A stretch of 64,000 nt of DNA from Takakia lepidozioides. Lineage: Eukaryota > Plantae > Bryophyta. Positions within the stretch are counted from its first letter, which is position 1, and each line of letters opens with the position of its first letter. The DNA lies in contig CM060732.1 of assembly GCA_030704615.1 (NCBI GenBank), forward strand, positions 54,684,001 to 54,748,000, written 5' to 3'. Positions 39,278-51,080 of the stretch are shown here, in pieces. The notes under the pieces were generated by a model. The model was not told the origin of the DNA, made no database searches, and worked only from the letters and a program-made list of their open reading frames with translations. The position numbers and the translations under genes were made by a program.

Positions 39278-42200
39278 TTGTGTGGACCAGTGACTGCCAT
39301 AGTGGGCAGCATAGTGGCAGCCTAGTGACTGACTAGTTGTAGCCTAGTGGTTGGCCTAGTGGTGGACTAGTGATATACTAGTGTGTGACGTGCACATGTG
39401 TTGTGTGGTTTTGGACAGCGATGTAGTTGTGTAGCGATATCTATGCGCACGACAGCTGTCAAGTTATTAAACCACTAGTGTGAAACTAGCTAGGAAATAG
39501 CTAGCTTTTATATATTGACATTTGGGATTGGCCCAAGTGTCAATCCAGGGGTCAAGGCAGATTTAGGCCCTGGAGTGGTTATCTTCACGGCAAGCGTGGG
39601 AGGCTCATCTTTCTCGAGTTGAGCCTCACCGCGCCTAGCTATGGCGCCGTAGTGTGGATTCCCCATGGCGTGGGGTGCACTTGGCTTGACTTGTATTTGA
39701 GTGATGAGTTTATATATGCATGAGTTTATGCTTCAGCTTTGTGAGCTCGCATGAGCTTGTGCTTGTATTCTTCTACTTTTTCTATTGTGTGGACTAGTGA
39801 TTGCCATAGTGGGCAACATAGTGGCAGCCTAGTGACTGACTAGTTGAAGCCTAGTGGTTGGACTAGTGGCTGGACTAGTGGTGGACTAGTGCGTGGCGTG
39901 CACATGTGTTGTGTGGTTTTGGACAACGATGTAGTTGTGTAGCGATATGTATGCGCACGACAGCTTGTATCCCTTTGTTAACTGATCATAGCCAACAAAT
40001 ATACATTTGATTGATTTAGAATCTAGTTTGCCTCTGTCTTCCTTGGCAATGCGAACATAGGTAGGGCATCCAAAGATACGAAAATGGCTTAAGTTAGGTT
40101 TTTCACCTGAGAATTTTTCGTATGGAGTCACACCTGAGTTTGCTCTCGTTGGGGAGCGATTTAATAAGTATGCCGCAGTATTTACAGCTTCTGTCCATAG
40201 GAGCCTAGGTATATGTTTCTCCAAAATCATGCTTAGGGCGTATTCAAGCAGAGTGCGATTCTTACGTTCTGCGACTCCATTTTGATGCGGCGTACGAGAT
40301 TGAGTTAATTGACGTTGAATGCCATGTGTATTGCAGTAGTCCACAAAATCTTGAGAGATGAACTCTCCTCCACGATCAGTGTGCAAACATTTGATCCGTT
40401 TTTCAGTGGTTGTCTCGATCATCTCCTTAAAGATTCGAAATTTCTTAAGTGCTTCATCCTTGCTCTTTAGAAAATATACCCAAGTCATCCTGCTGAAGTC
40501 ATCTGTGACAGCCATGAAATATTTTGATCCTGATAATGAAGCTGTACACATGGGACCACAAAGATCTATATGCACGAGATCGAGGGTACCTTTAGCTCGA
40601 TATTGGCTTTGTCGGGGAACCCTTTCTCTGTGTTGCTTTCCAACAAGACAGCCTGGACATGTCTCAGATAGGAGCGGCAACTCAGGCAAACCGGTAGCTT
40701 TGTTGCGATTTGACAGAAAATGCAAGCTTTGGAAATTCAGGTGGCCAAGGCGTTTGTGCTAGAGTCGTGTTGTTTGGCAGATATCAACAGCTACATTTGC
40801 CTGTGTGCACATGTTGGACTCTAAACATGTTGCAGTGTCCAGTTCATAGAGCCCATTCATGGGATCTCTTACGCAACGAACAACAATCTCCCTTGGTTGA
40901 TGTTTGTCAACAATTAAGCATTTTCTAGTGCCGAAAATTGATAGATGACCACTGTTAGCTAAAGCTCCAACAGAAATCAATTTTTTCCGCAAGCCAGGAA
41001 CGTACAAAACATCTGTGATGCGTTTTATTGATCCGCTTGGGGAATGAAATTTTGCATGACCTTTTCCTTTCACACTGTGGTGATGTCCTCTGGCAGACTT
41101 GACTCTAGAAGAACTGGCAGTCTCTCGGATGTTATGCAAAAGATTTTTGTTTCCAGCAACATGTTTGCTAGCACCAGAATCAACGTACCACTCTTTGTCA
41201 TCTTCTTCCGTAAAAGAAAGAGCAAGAGCCTCTTGCTCAGCTTCCATACAAGCAGTCGCCGCTTCAAGCATCTCAGCGATGGTTTTTGAAGCGTCACTCT
41301 CGTACTGCTCGTTTGATTCACAATCCTCTTCTACTGCGTTCACTTGTTTGGCTCGTTGTTTGAGAATTTCTTCATATGGCACAGCACAATGTTTTGCCCA
41401 GTGCCCAAACCTTCCGCATCGGTTGCATCTGCTTCGCTTCTTGTCAAACGCTTGTTTCCCACCTCCAAGCTCCTTGTCATCGTCAAAGTGTTTGCGAGCA
41501 TGGGATAACTTCCGAAATTTAACCCATAATGCTTCCTCGTCCTTCTTCTTGTTGCGGAGTTCACGTCTGCTTTCTTCATGAAGAAGCTTAGCTATAATCT
41601 CTTCCATAGATGGAAGGTCCCTCTGACTGGGTATTGACTGCACATAAAACTCGTAGCTTTCAGGGAGAGCATTTAATACCATTTCCACAATGATATCATC
41701 AGAAATTTTCTCACCAAATCCCGCAAGTTGATTCAGGAGATCTTTGACACTTTCTAGGAAGCTCTCCATTGGAGCATCTTCCTCCATCTTGAGGTTCGTC
41801 AGTTTGTTCCTAATGAGTAATCTACGAGAAGAGGCTTCGACTTAATACAGCCTTGACAGGGTGTCCCAAATCTCCTTGGGTTCTCGCAGGTTTTGGATGT
41901 AAGGGATGATCTTGTCTGAGACAGACAAGTTTATGATCGTGAGAGCCCTTCTTTTGTGACGATCGAAAACCTCTTCTTCACCTTCACCTGACCATGTGAC
42001 ATCCTCTTCTACAAAGTCAAGAAGATCTTCTCTCATAAGAATATTACGAATCTTAAACTTCCAAATACTGTAGTTTGACTGACCTATAAGGTTGTTGGCC
42101 TCGGTGATAGAATTTTCTATGAGATGAGACATGATGGCAACGAAATCTGAGAACACGTCTTCGGTTAGATAGACACTACGACAGTCGACAGATACTCTAT

Positions 42201-42617
42201 TGCTTTGGAGCAGTGCTCCACAAAGACTTTAAAAAAAAAATGATGAAGACTCCCTGTCTACAACAACGTACGGATGGTGGAGCAGTGCTACACACTAGAG
42301 GTTTTCCTAGTACCTCTAATACTTTCAACATTCCCCTTCTGACTAGCTCTGATACCATGATAAAAATGAAGAGCACTATACAGCCAAGGATCTAGAACCG
42401 GAATACAACAACAATCCTGCCAGAGTAAGGCCAGCAATATATACACAAGTGGCACCGCTAAGCCTACTAAATGTAAAGGGCTCAATTAAGTAGAAGAGCC
42501 ACTACTCCTACGTAGTCAATAACTGTGCTCCTATACAGTCGGTGATCATGTGGACATCACTAAAGTTCGCTTAATTAGCCGGACGGTGTGCTGCAGGAAG
42601 GTCTGATAATTCTAACA

Positions 42618-42967
42618 GAGACCTCCATCCCCACCAACAATCTTATGATCTCTTTGTCCCCTGAAAGTGCCTAAATATTCTTCAAGGAAATCAAGGTCCA
42701 TATCCTGCCAGTCATCCCGTGTGCTATTATAAATCAACATGCACTCGGGGTAATAGAGTTCACACAACCAGAAATATTGCTCCCCACGAAGAGGACCTTC
42801 ACTGCAGACTTCCAGGAAAACAGGATCAGTTGGCAAGAGTTCCATCGCTTACACACCAACCGCAGGTTGCAAAAGCTCGAATAGGGCAAGCGCACCAACA
42901 CTATGTCCAGTAAGTCGGATGGCAATCTACTCCAGACCGCCTTCTCCAACACCACTGTCGGATCCAT
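42618..42967 (-). pseudogene. 5' half of the F-box gene (F-box domain), ending at the Copia 5' LTR
   Basis: MDPTVVLEKAVWSRLPSDLLDIVLVRLPYSSFCNLRLVCKRWN (F-box), frameshift ~42840, then ...IVGGDGGL|TGTTAG. Confidence 0.85.
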
Positions 42968-43342
42968 CACCACTCCTGATTCCGAATCAAAGGCGAAATC
43001 ACACATGTAAACGATACAGCGCAGACTCTCCCAGCAGCAAATTCAGTGGCCTCCCAACCCTTCTAGCACCTCAAGAGACGCTGGTGGATCCAGAGAGGGA
43101 AGAAGAACTGTAGCTTAGCAGACGAGCGTACTTGTTCGTTACAGAACTCCACAGACATTCATCCGTTGTAGCCGTGAGTCGTAGATGGATAACGGGGAGA
43201 ATTCTTCCATAACATTCATCTTCCATTCAAAAGTGTGGTTGGCGGGCTGTGTCTCTTCTCTCGCTGCTCTTCTGGAATTGGAAGAGAAGGACACGGATTT
43301 CTCAAGCACAGATTGTTCTGCCTCCAATTCGTTGCGGTTGGA

Positions 43343-44752
43343 ATGCTTCGATCCCGAAGCTCTGCGCCTACTGCAGTTCCTGCGATCACGCAGGGAAAAA
43401 ATAAGAAGTGTAGTGTGGGGTGTCCGATCTTGAACTCCTTTCTCAGGGGTGGAATTCCCTGCGGAAGTGTAACGGAGCTGGTAGGGGAGTGTGGCTCTGG
43501 AAAGACGCTGCTTTCGCTGCAAATGCTTCTCACTGTGCAGCTCCCCGTCTGCTTGGGTGGCCTGGAGGGGAGATCTCTATACATTTACACCGAGGGTCGA
43601 TATCCTGGAGCACGACTGCTTGAGCTTGCAGAAGTTATGACAGAGGCTCGGAGGCTGTCGGGTGACAATTGCAACGATCCCGGAGGTGTATGCCGTAATG
43701 GAACGTTGCATGCGCCGAAGCTGAGAAGAGTAGACGAAAATCGGAGAGACAACGACCCGGGTATATTGGCGTCTGACCGTGAGGGGAGAGGGGACAATGA
43801 ACGTAGAAAAATTGAGCTTCACTGCTTGGATGCAAGTATACCTGGCGTGGATAGGAGTGGATTCCAAAGATCAAGTCTCGCTACATCAAGGCATTTTCGA
43901 GAGGATGAGGAAAATAGAAAAGATTCGTTCTGCGTGAATGGCAGGATAGGATCTGGTGACCGAGGAGATGAGCCTTACTGCACCAATCTTAAGGAATGTG
44001 AAAGATACAGCATGGAGAATAGAAGCAGGGGAACACCGTTTGCAAAACGAAGGCAAGATGAGATCGATAATCAACATCTGAAATGCCTTCGAGATCGCCA
44101 TCTATGTGACAAGGTTTTTGTAAAAGAAGTTCAGACTATTGAAGAGCTCCTTAACCTTTTAGACAATCAAGCACGACGGCTCCTGAACCACAGGTTTCTT
44201 ATGCCAGTGAAGCTCATCATAATTGACTCTGTAGCTGCACTATTCCGATCCAATTTTGAGAACACGAAAGGTGACCTCGTGAAAAGAGCAGTCCTCTTCT
44301 TCCGGCTTGCAGGTTTACTGAAGCAGTATGCAGAGCAATTCAATATTGCCATTGTGGTCACGAACCAGGTTGTTGACTGCTTTGATACTCCAGATATGGC
44401 CGGCCACCACTTGGAACCTTATCAGAAGGGAGACCTTGAGAGTATGATGACTTCAGGCAGAGGTGTTCGACCAGCTTTAGGAATTTCTTGGGCTCACTGC
44501 ATTAACACGAGGCTATTTTTGTCCATTATGCCTCAGAGTAGTCCAAGCTGGTCTGAAGAGATCTCCCAAAACCATGTAATGGATGAGATGCATGGGATTG
44601 GCAAAGGTAACTGTGCACCTCTTCAGCAGCATTCCAACAAAGCCGCCATTGTTGGACGACAGTTGCAGGTTGTGTTTGCACCCCATCTGCCTCGTGCTTC
44701 ATGTGACTTTATTGTCACCAGAGAAGGAATTCGAGGTGTTCCAGTGGGATGA
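43343..44752 (+). CDS. XRCC3: DNA repair protein XRCC3 (RAD51 paralog), single coding exon, ~469 aa
   Basis: KCSVGCPILNSFLRGGIPCGSVTELVGECGSGKT (Walker A), LQMLLTVQLP..LGGLEG..LYIYTE, LIIIDSVAALFR (Walker B), VVTNQV, PALGISWAHCINTRLFL, LQVVFAPHLP. Confidence 0.9.
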   Translation: MLRSRSSAPTAVPAITQGKNKKCSVGCPILNSFLRGGIPCGSVTELVGECGSGKTLLSLQMLLTVQLPVCLGGLEGRSLYIYTEGRYPGARLLELAEVMTEARRLSGDNCNDPGGVCRNGTLHAPKLRRVDENRRDNDPGILASDREGRGDNERRKIELHCLDASIPGVDRSGFQRSSLATSRHFREDEENRKDSFCVNGRIGSGDRGDEPYCTNLKECERYSMENRSRGTPFAKRRQDEIDNQHLKCLRDRHLCDKVFVKEVQTIEELLNLLDNQARRLLNHRFLMPVKLIIIDSVAALFRSNFENTKGDLVKRAVLFFRLAGLLKQYAEQFNIAIVVTNQVVDCFDTPDMAGHHLEPYQKGDLESMMTSGRGVRPALGISWAHCINTRLFLSIMPQSSPSWSEEISQNHVMDEMHGIGKGNCAPLQQHSNKAAIVGRQLQVVFAPHLPRASCDFIVTREGIRGVPVG

Positions 44753-47261
44753 CTGCTGTCAAAGAAGATAATGTGCACTTAGTAGGGTACATCTCATCAG
44801 CTCTCCACTCTCCAGTCATTCTAACTCCAGTTATTTTGCTGACAGTTACTTTAAAGAGCTTACCTTTGTTGTTTCTACACTTGACAGTTGTGGCCCCCTT
44901 CTCTTTATCTTGACCTTTAAGCTTTCCTCCTTTTTCGGTCTTCCAGAGCCCCATTCACAACTGGTTTATCTCATTCCTGGAACACCATCAGCTGCATCAA
45001 GTTTTGTGTATGAACTTGGGCCAGATACACAATATATCAAGCTGGTGGTCTTTGGGTGCAGGGCCTCCTAGCTCTCTGCGTTGGCATGTAAATTTGTACT
45101 GATACTTCTCACAGCATGATTAAACCAGCAAATTGCATGGCTCAACGTTGTTTGTGTGTGAATAGAAGGCTCTCATTGCAATATTTCTCCTGTAAGTAGC
45201 TGCTCTGGTCATCTTTGGTTGTCTTTGCTGGCTGCACTGTCAATTTTTGGCAAGTGCTGATGAGAGAAAGAAGACACGCGCTTTGCCTGCTTCAGCAATT
45301 TCCACAGTGCTTCTGTACTTCAAATACTTGCTCATTAACTTTTCTTTGTAACTCTTGATGTCTTAAACCTTCGATTGATTCCTCTGAATGTTCAATCGTT
45401 CCAGGCTGCTTGCTTTTGACACATCAAAAGTGCTGGGACATATGGCCCACCAGCCTATGTCCAGTACTAGACTGCTGCATAGCTGCCAAATAGATTACTG
45501 TGTCACCAGCGTAATTCTGAAAGAGAGATTATCACACACAGCAGATTGATGCTTGTGTAAAGGGATATCTAGAGGATATCTGGAAGACTCGGATCAATTG
45601 TCTGTTCCAAGGTAAGTCATACTACTGGCGTCAGCCCCTGACAAAGGTAGTTTCTGTCCCGTTGTGTTCCGCTCGAACTGGGCGCAAGGTCAATGGCCAC
45701 AAGGCTATGGCAAACAACGTCTTATGAGTACATTGTCTTAAAATAGAGAACTGCAAGGGGTAAAAGACTTGATTGACACCAGAACAAAAAATGCTGAATC
45801 GAGATGCTTGTTCCGACATCCTTGTGCATCCAGTACTTGTGCAGGAATCCTGATAGAATATAGCTCTGTACTACTGAATATTGAAGGCTACATTCCCATT
45901 GTCAACGCATTGTCTGGTGCTCCCAGAGGCATGCCCCGGTGAGGTGGAAGGCTAGGAATCTCTTACTATACCCAATAACTAGGCCCCAAAAGGCCCTGGG
46001 CTTTTGGCTCAGATCTTGAGATCTTCAGAGTTGGTAAACAGAGGTACAGGAACAAATCCCTTGATGGATTTGCAGAGGATGTCTCTCTGGTGAGCGTACC
46101 CAGGACAATGAATCAGAAAGTGGATATTGTCTTCAGGTAGCATTTGCAATCCCCCTTTCCTCTTTGCATCTATTTGCTGTTCAAAGGAGACATAGGGGCA
46201 GATTACATGAGCTTTTGCCGTGCTTAGTTGAGGTTTACGGAACTGGCTGCCTTGCTTTGAGATTTGTTTCGCGTAGATCTCTCATCACTCTCTCAGCTTT
46301 CGCATATAAGAGAGGTCAGAGCTTCAGAGGGGATTTCTAAGCTGTGAGGCATGAGCACACCTTGTGAAAATAGAACCGAACCTCATGTTGAACCGAACAT
46401 CTGCATTTTGGTTGCATCCTGGAAATAAGATAGTAGACGCATGTACGCGGAGCAGCCCCAGAATGTTGTGCTTTCATCCGTTACCCTAAACTGTAGGCCG
46501 GACACTCTCCCAACTCCCATTACTCTCATCCCTGCATTGCAGCACGAAGATAAAAGAAGGCAATGTAAGCAATCTAAACAGAAGGGCGACCTGTTGCTCT
46601 CTTGTTTTCCTTGTTTGGCCCATGTCACCTTCGCAGGACCAAACAGTTGCTACGTGTCATGACAGCACAGCAACATCTCACTGACGCGAAATAGAAATGC
46701 ACTAACCATGTTATCTATAAATAGGCCAACTGTTTCCTAAATTGGGTCCGCACTCCGCAATAGATTGGATAGTACTTGTAAAGAGCATTAAGTTGTTACC
46801 TCATTCCTATTGGCGAGGACGTTTGTGAGCGGCGTTGCCTGCACATATATACAACGCAACGCTAACGAGGAGGTCGAGTCTGTCTTTGCTTGCCCGTCAG
46901 TGCGCTTGAGAGTCTTGTGGGCTTTTGTGACTGGAGTAGGCTTGAGAGTCTTGTGGGATTGTGAGTGAAGTTCATTTGCCATGAAAAGGAAATAAGAGGT
47001 TCCCGAACATGTCTGTGAAGGAGGAGCATGGAGCCATCAGCAAGAAGCACAAGAAGAAGCCGATTGCCGTTCGAGATTGGCCAACTCTGGGTTGCCATCT
47101 TGTTTGGGTTTTTGGTTGTGATCTCAATGGTGATAAGGAGGCTCGCTTGAGCCGGGAGGAAGGGCCCGTTGATAGAGCTCATCCATATATCTTCGGATTT
47201 TTGGTTGTGATCTGAGTGGTGATAAGGAGGCTCGCTTGAGCCTGGCTGCTATTGCCCGTGA

Positions 47262-47420
47262 GGACGCAGCATCATGTGCATCTTATATAAAGAGCGAGGA
47301 GTCGACAGCATCTTGTGCATATTATATAAAGAGCGAGGAGTCAGCAGCATCATGTCCATCTCATATAAAGAGCGAGGAGTCAGCAGCATCATGTGCATCT
47401 GACATAAAGAGCGAGTCCGA
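47262..47420 (+). repeat. ~36-bp tandem repeat, 4 copies
   Basis: gcagcatcatgtgcatct..tataaagagcgaggagtc repeated; reads in frame as (A)ASCAS.IKSEES. Confidence 0.85.
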
Positions 47421-49424
47421 CAGTTCGATGACTGGATGTAGCTGGCCGGAGGTGGAGAGTCCGTGGAACAACCGATGTGGATAGAACCAGGATTACGATT
47501 GCCATGCCTACGAACAGGCAGTAGATGGTCCATCTATATTGCAGGGGCGGATCGCCGATGGGTCGATCTACAAACATGGACAAGGCTGTGGCAACTATTC
47601 CAGATTGGCCGAGGATTGTTGCGGATGGTTGTGCTGGTGAGAAGCAAATCAAGGTGCCGAAGTTCCATGAATGATAGGAAAAAATTTAGTGCCAAAAGAG
47701 AAGCCGATGGCTGTGGCGCATGGGTTTGCATATTCACCATGGCTAGTTCAAATTGAACACTACTTTTAGAGAGAGCAAATATTATGTGAGTTCACATATT
47801 CAATTAAATGTTCAAGTACTAAGCATCAAAGCACCCAGTAGCTGTAATTTGAGATCTCTTTAGCCTTTGGACTATCTTATCTTTACTTTAGTTCTTCTCT
47901 TGCAGTATCCTGGAGCATAGGTAGTTCCTTAGTTTTCAGGGCTTCTGGATAATAGTTTGTTTAAAGCTTGCCCGGGGGGGCTTGGTAGGGTGTTACACCA
48001 ATCAACAAAGATGGGCCTGGTTTATTCTTCCAGGACTCCCCTTTATTAATATGATTTATAGGGCTTCCACCCCTTTTATTATTTTTTAAAACAAAATTGA
48101 GATTCAAGTGTGCACGCATGTCACAAGCTTGAGACAGATTATGTAAATTGAGCTGAATGGAACAACGTTTTGAAATGTGCACAGTATCGTTACATCCATT
48201 GGACTTTTGCTGCATACATTGGATTTCTTCTTCAGGAACATTGGTTCCTATACTTAGGGGGACATATTTACTTGTGTTGAACGTTAAGTTGTATTCTCCC
48301 TCTTTTCTTCTCTGCACATTCTCATAACTATGGAATGCCTGTATGAAGTTTTCATGTTGGCCAGTTCACTAGGAATGCCTTACACACTAAACTGTCTTAC
48401 ATGGATTTTCTGCGATAAAGGATCTTATGTGAGCCTCAGTGCCTTTTCATGTTGTTTCCATCAATATTCCCTCTGTTGGAATTCAACCTTGGTAGGTATA
48501 CACGTAGCATCGGACTGTGGGCATCGCTAGTCCAGAAAAAATTAAAAAAAACAAAAAGTAAGATTGTATATATCACCCTGGCCAACTTTATGCCTCCTTG
48601 TTGCTAGCCATGCTCTAGCTTCAGACTTCATCAAGCCTGAAAAGACAAAAAAACCTCCTACTTAGTTGACATTTGAAACATTGGACCTGGAAACTAAAAA
48701 CAAACAAAAAAGGGCATAGCAAAGCAATGCGTTCTTGCGTTAATTAGTCATATTGCCCCACCAATTCAAACATGAAATTGGCAGAATGTCCTTAGGCAAT
48801 TGGATTGAAAGCACATATCATTCCTGAGTGGCGTCGACAAGATTCAAAACCATACCGTCAGTAGCTTTGCAGAAAGCAGAAAACCTCAATAAGCAAAGAG
48901 AGGGTGAGGTTAGGGGGACTACTACTCAAAAAGAGTTTAGCTGCCAAAACCATTTTCAACCCTGAAACAGAGTTCGACCCGAAGGTCTCACTGATTATGC
49001 TGCTAGTGTCCACAACCCCTATACCCATACTCGGACCTATGCACTCAGTATTGCTTTCATACTTGCGCTCACTTGCCCTCTTCCAAAGTAGATTAATCCG
49101 TCCTAACACACCTCATCCCCTCACAATCTGCACCCTACATTCTAAATTTGGAGAAAACATTTGAAGGTTGCATTTTTGTTCAATAGGATGGTTGATGTTG
49201 TGTAGTGTTTCATGCTCATTCGTAAGATTGTGTTTGCATGTACATACTGATGAGACATATTATGGGCTCTATATTGCACTCCATTGAAATAAAAATGTCC
49301 AACACAGTGGATCTCTAGTTATTTTAAGATTTCATTGATGTACGGTATGTTGCAGATATTTGTGGAATATTCAAAATGGATAGGTAGATCAAAAGACTTA
49401 TAGTGAGTAACTTAGACTGGTCAA

Positions 49425-49495
49425 CAGTCAATAGCTCAGTTGGTTAGTGCATTGAGTGCCACCCACATGATTCTGGGGCCAAATTCCGCTACTTG
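49425..49495 (+). other. tRNA-like sequence (SINE head or tRNA relic)
   Basis: TAGCTCAGTTGGTTAGTGCA resembles a D-arm/A-box; degenerate B-box gggccaaattcc; no intact cloverleaf. Confidence 0.4.
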
Positions 49496-49979
49496 ACGGG
49501 TGTGGTATACTCTTGTCCCCCTTCCCTTGGACGGTGTCCCATTTCTACGCCTGCATGGCGAGGTTACTGTGAAAGAGGTTATTTTCTCCTCATGGGGTTG
49601 ATTTGCGAGTTGTTGCTCCCAGGTGTTTCCCTTTTTACAATTACAAAACGTTTAAAAAAAAACTTCGACTCTTTAGTTTTTTTACTTTATTCAACCACAT
49701 CCTCCTACACACCAAAATTACAAATGGGATTGACTGTTTTCAAGAAATGGGTGACTCGATGATTTCCAAATTTGTTCGTTCTAGTGGGATCCTCCATCTA
49801 ATGCAAAACAAAAATGCATTTTGGATAAAAATTGGGCTGGTGACACTTGATCAAACCAGAATAGATCAGTCCAGGTCATCTTACATCCATGGTATTACAT
49901 CGCAATAAAGTTTATCATGTGTCCTCAAATATGTCCTTAAAATAAAGTTTATGGTCAGAAGAAATCTACTTGTAGCAAG

Positions 49980-51080
49980 TGTTCTGGGCATGTGTCGATT
50001 GTCAAGTGGTCAAGCTAAATGCCAACCATTTGGAAACTTCGTCATGGGCATGAATTTAGGAGCCAATGGGCTCATTTATAGTTGCAGGTGTAGTAAATTG
50101 ATGAGGGTTCATGGAGCCGAGTTTTTGTAGGCAAAAGTTCTGAGTAATATTATCCACACAACTCATAGACATCTTTTGTGTCACGGTTAGATTAGGACAC
50201 CCTCTTGTATATATTGGGTTGTAATTTTATCAATACTAAACACTCCTCTTTAATCATTGCTATCATCTACAATTCTTTTTGTTTTGTCTCATACTCCCAT
50301 TGCCAAATGCTAAAGATGGAGGACTCTAAGAACTCACAGGTTATGGGCCCACGCTTTGGGTATGTAGAGAAGTTCAATGAAAAATGAATACTTAATTTTG
50401 TGGAAGTTTAAGATGGAGACTATGCTAAAGGCAAGCTGTGGGGTCTTATCGATGGGAGAGAAATGAAACCAACAAAAGAATTGCTCTTTCCACATAGGAG
50501 AAGAAAGAGAGTCGTGCACTGAACTTCATTGTTCAAAGCCTTTCTGATGGTCAACATTTTGATATGCGATAGGCCAAGACTACAGTTACAAAAGGAACCT
50601 ATGAAGCTCTGATCCAAACTCGACATATAGACAAAAGCCTTATAAGCAACTAGCTGTTCATGACGTGAAAGTTCTTCACTTCACAAACGAGCTTTGGAGA
50701 TACCATGGAGTACATGCATTTGAACTGCAAGTTGGTTTCCATGGCAGACGAGCTGGATGCCATTGGTGCTCGGATGCAATGAAGGTAATGGTACTCATGA
50801 TGAATCTACCTCAGAGTTATGGATTTTTGGTCACATCTTCAAAGTATTCTGTAGAAGCTATCGATCCAAAGAAATCAACTTGGGAGGTGATAGCTACAAG
50901 GTTGATCAATGAGGAACTGAAGAGGAAAGAGAAGAACGGGTCTTCTAAGTCAAAGTCCATTGAATCAGCTATGGTGTCACAAAAGTGAATCTTTGGAATC
51001 GCAGAGATAAGAGTGAAGATGTTTGTAACTTCTTCAATGAATAAGTCATTGGGCAAGAGATGTAGGAAGAAAAAACCTAT
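49980..51080 (+). mobile_element. Second Copia remnant: LTR end, half-tRNA-Met-type PBS and degenerate gag
   Basis: ...AACTCACA followed by GGTTATGGGCCC (50339-50350). Gag WKFKMETML, LMMNLPQSY..LV, RLINEELKRKE and a broken zinc knuckle. LTR start uncertain. Confidence 0.7.

Larger units (their letters stand above)
22057..39962 (+). mobile_element. Gypsy-like retroelement with split direct repeats (A1...B1-A2-B2) encoding Gag, protease, C5 DNA methyltransferase and PHD finger; RT/RNase H/integrase core deleted
   Basis: A1 22057-~22373 matches A2 39457-~39774 (roughly 96-97% by eye). B1 39279-39454 matches B2 39786-39962. Termini TGTC...GACA. Removing the element plus 4 bp restores the Copia integrase frame (GY[R/K]LY). 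Confidence 0.85.
20506..42617 (-). mobile_element. Ty1/Copia retrotransposon, 3'-truncated, interrupted in the integrase by the 22057-39962 element
   Basis: 5' LTR 42617-42358 (TGTT...ATCA). PBS TGGTATCAGAGC at 42357-42346. Gag with CNRCGRFGHWAKHC, protease WYVDSGAS, integrase 40760-39967 (HIDLCGP...TDRGGEF...NGVAERKNR). RT 21680-20510 (KARLVARG, LYGLKQAPRAW, LYVDDLL, GFTDADWA). No 3' LTR. Confidence 0.92.

Noticed and set aside
39279-39962. Independent TRIM (B-A-B) element
   Set aside because: A also forms the 5' terminus 17 kb upstream and in the second copy, B1 follows the element's PPT, and no TSD flanks B1...B2.
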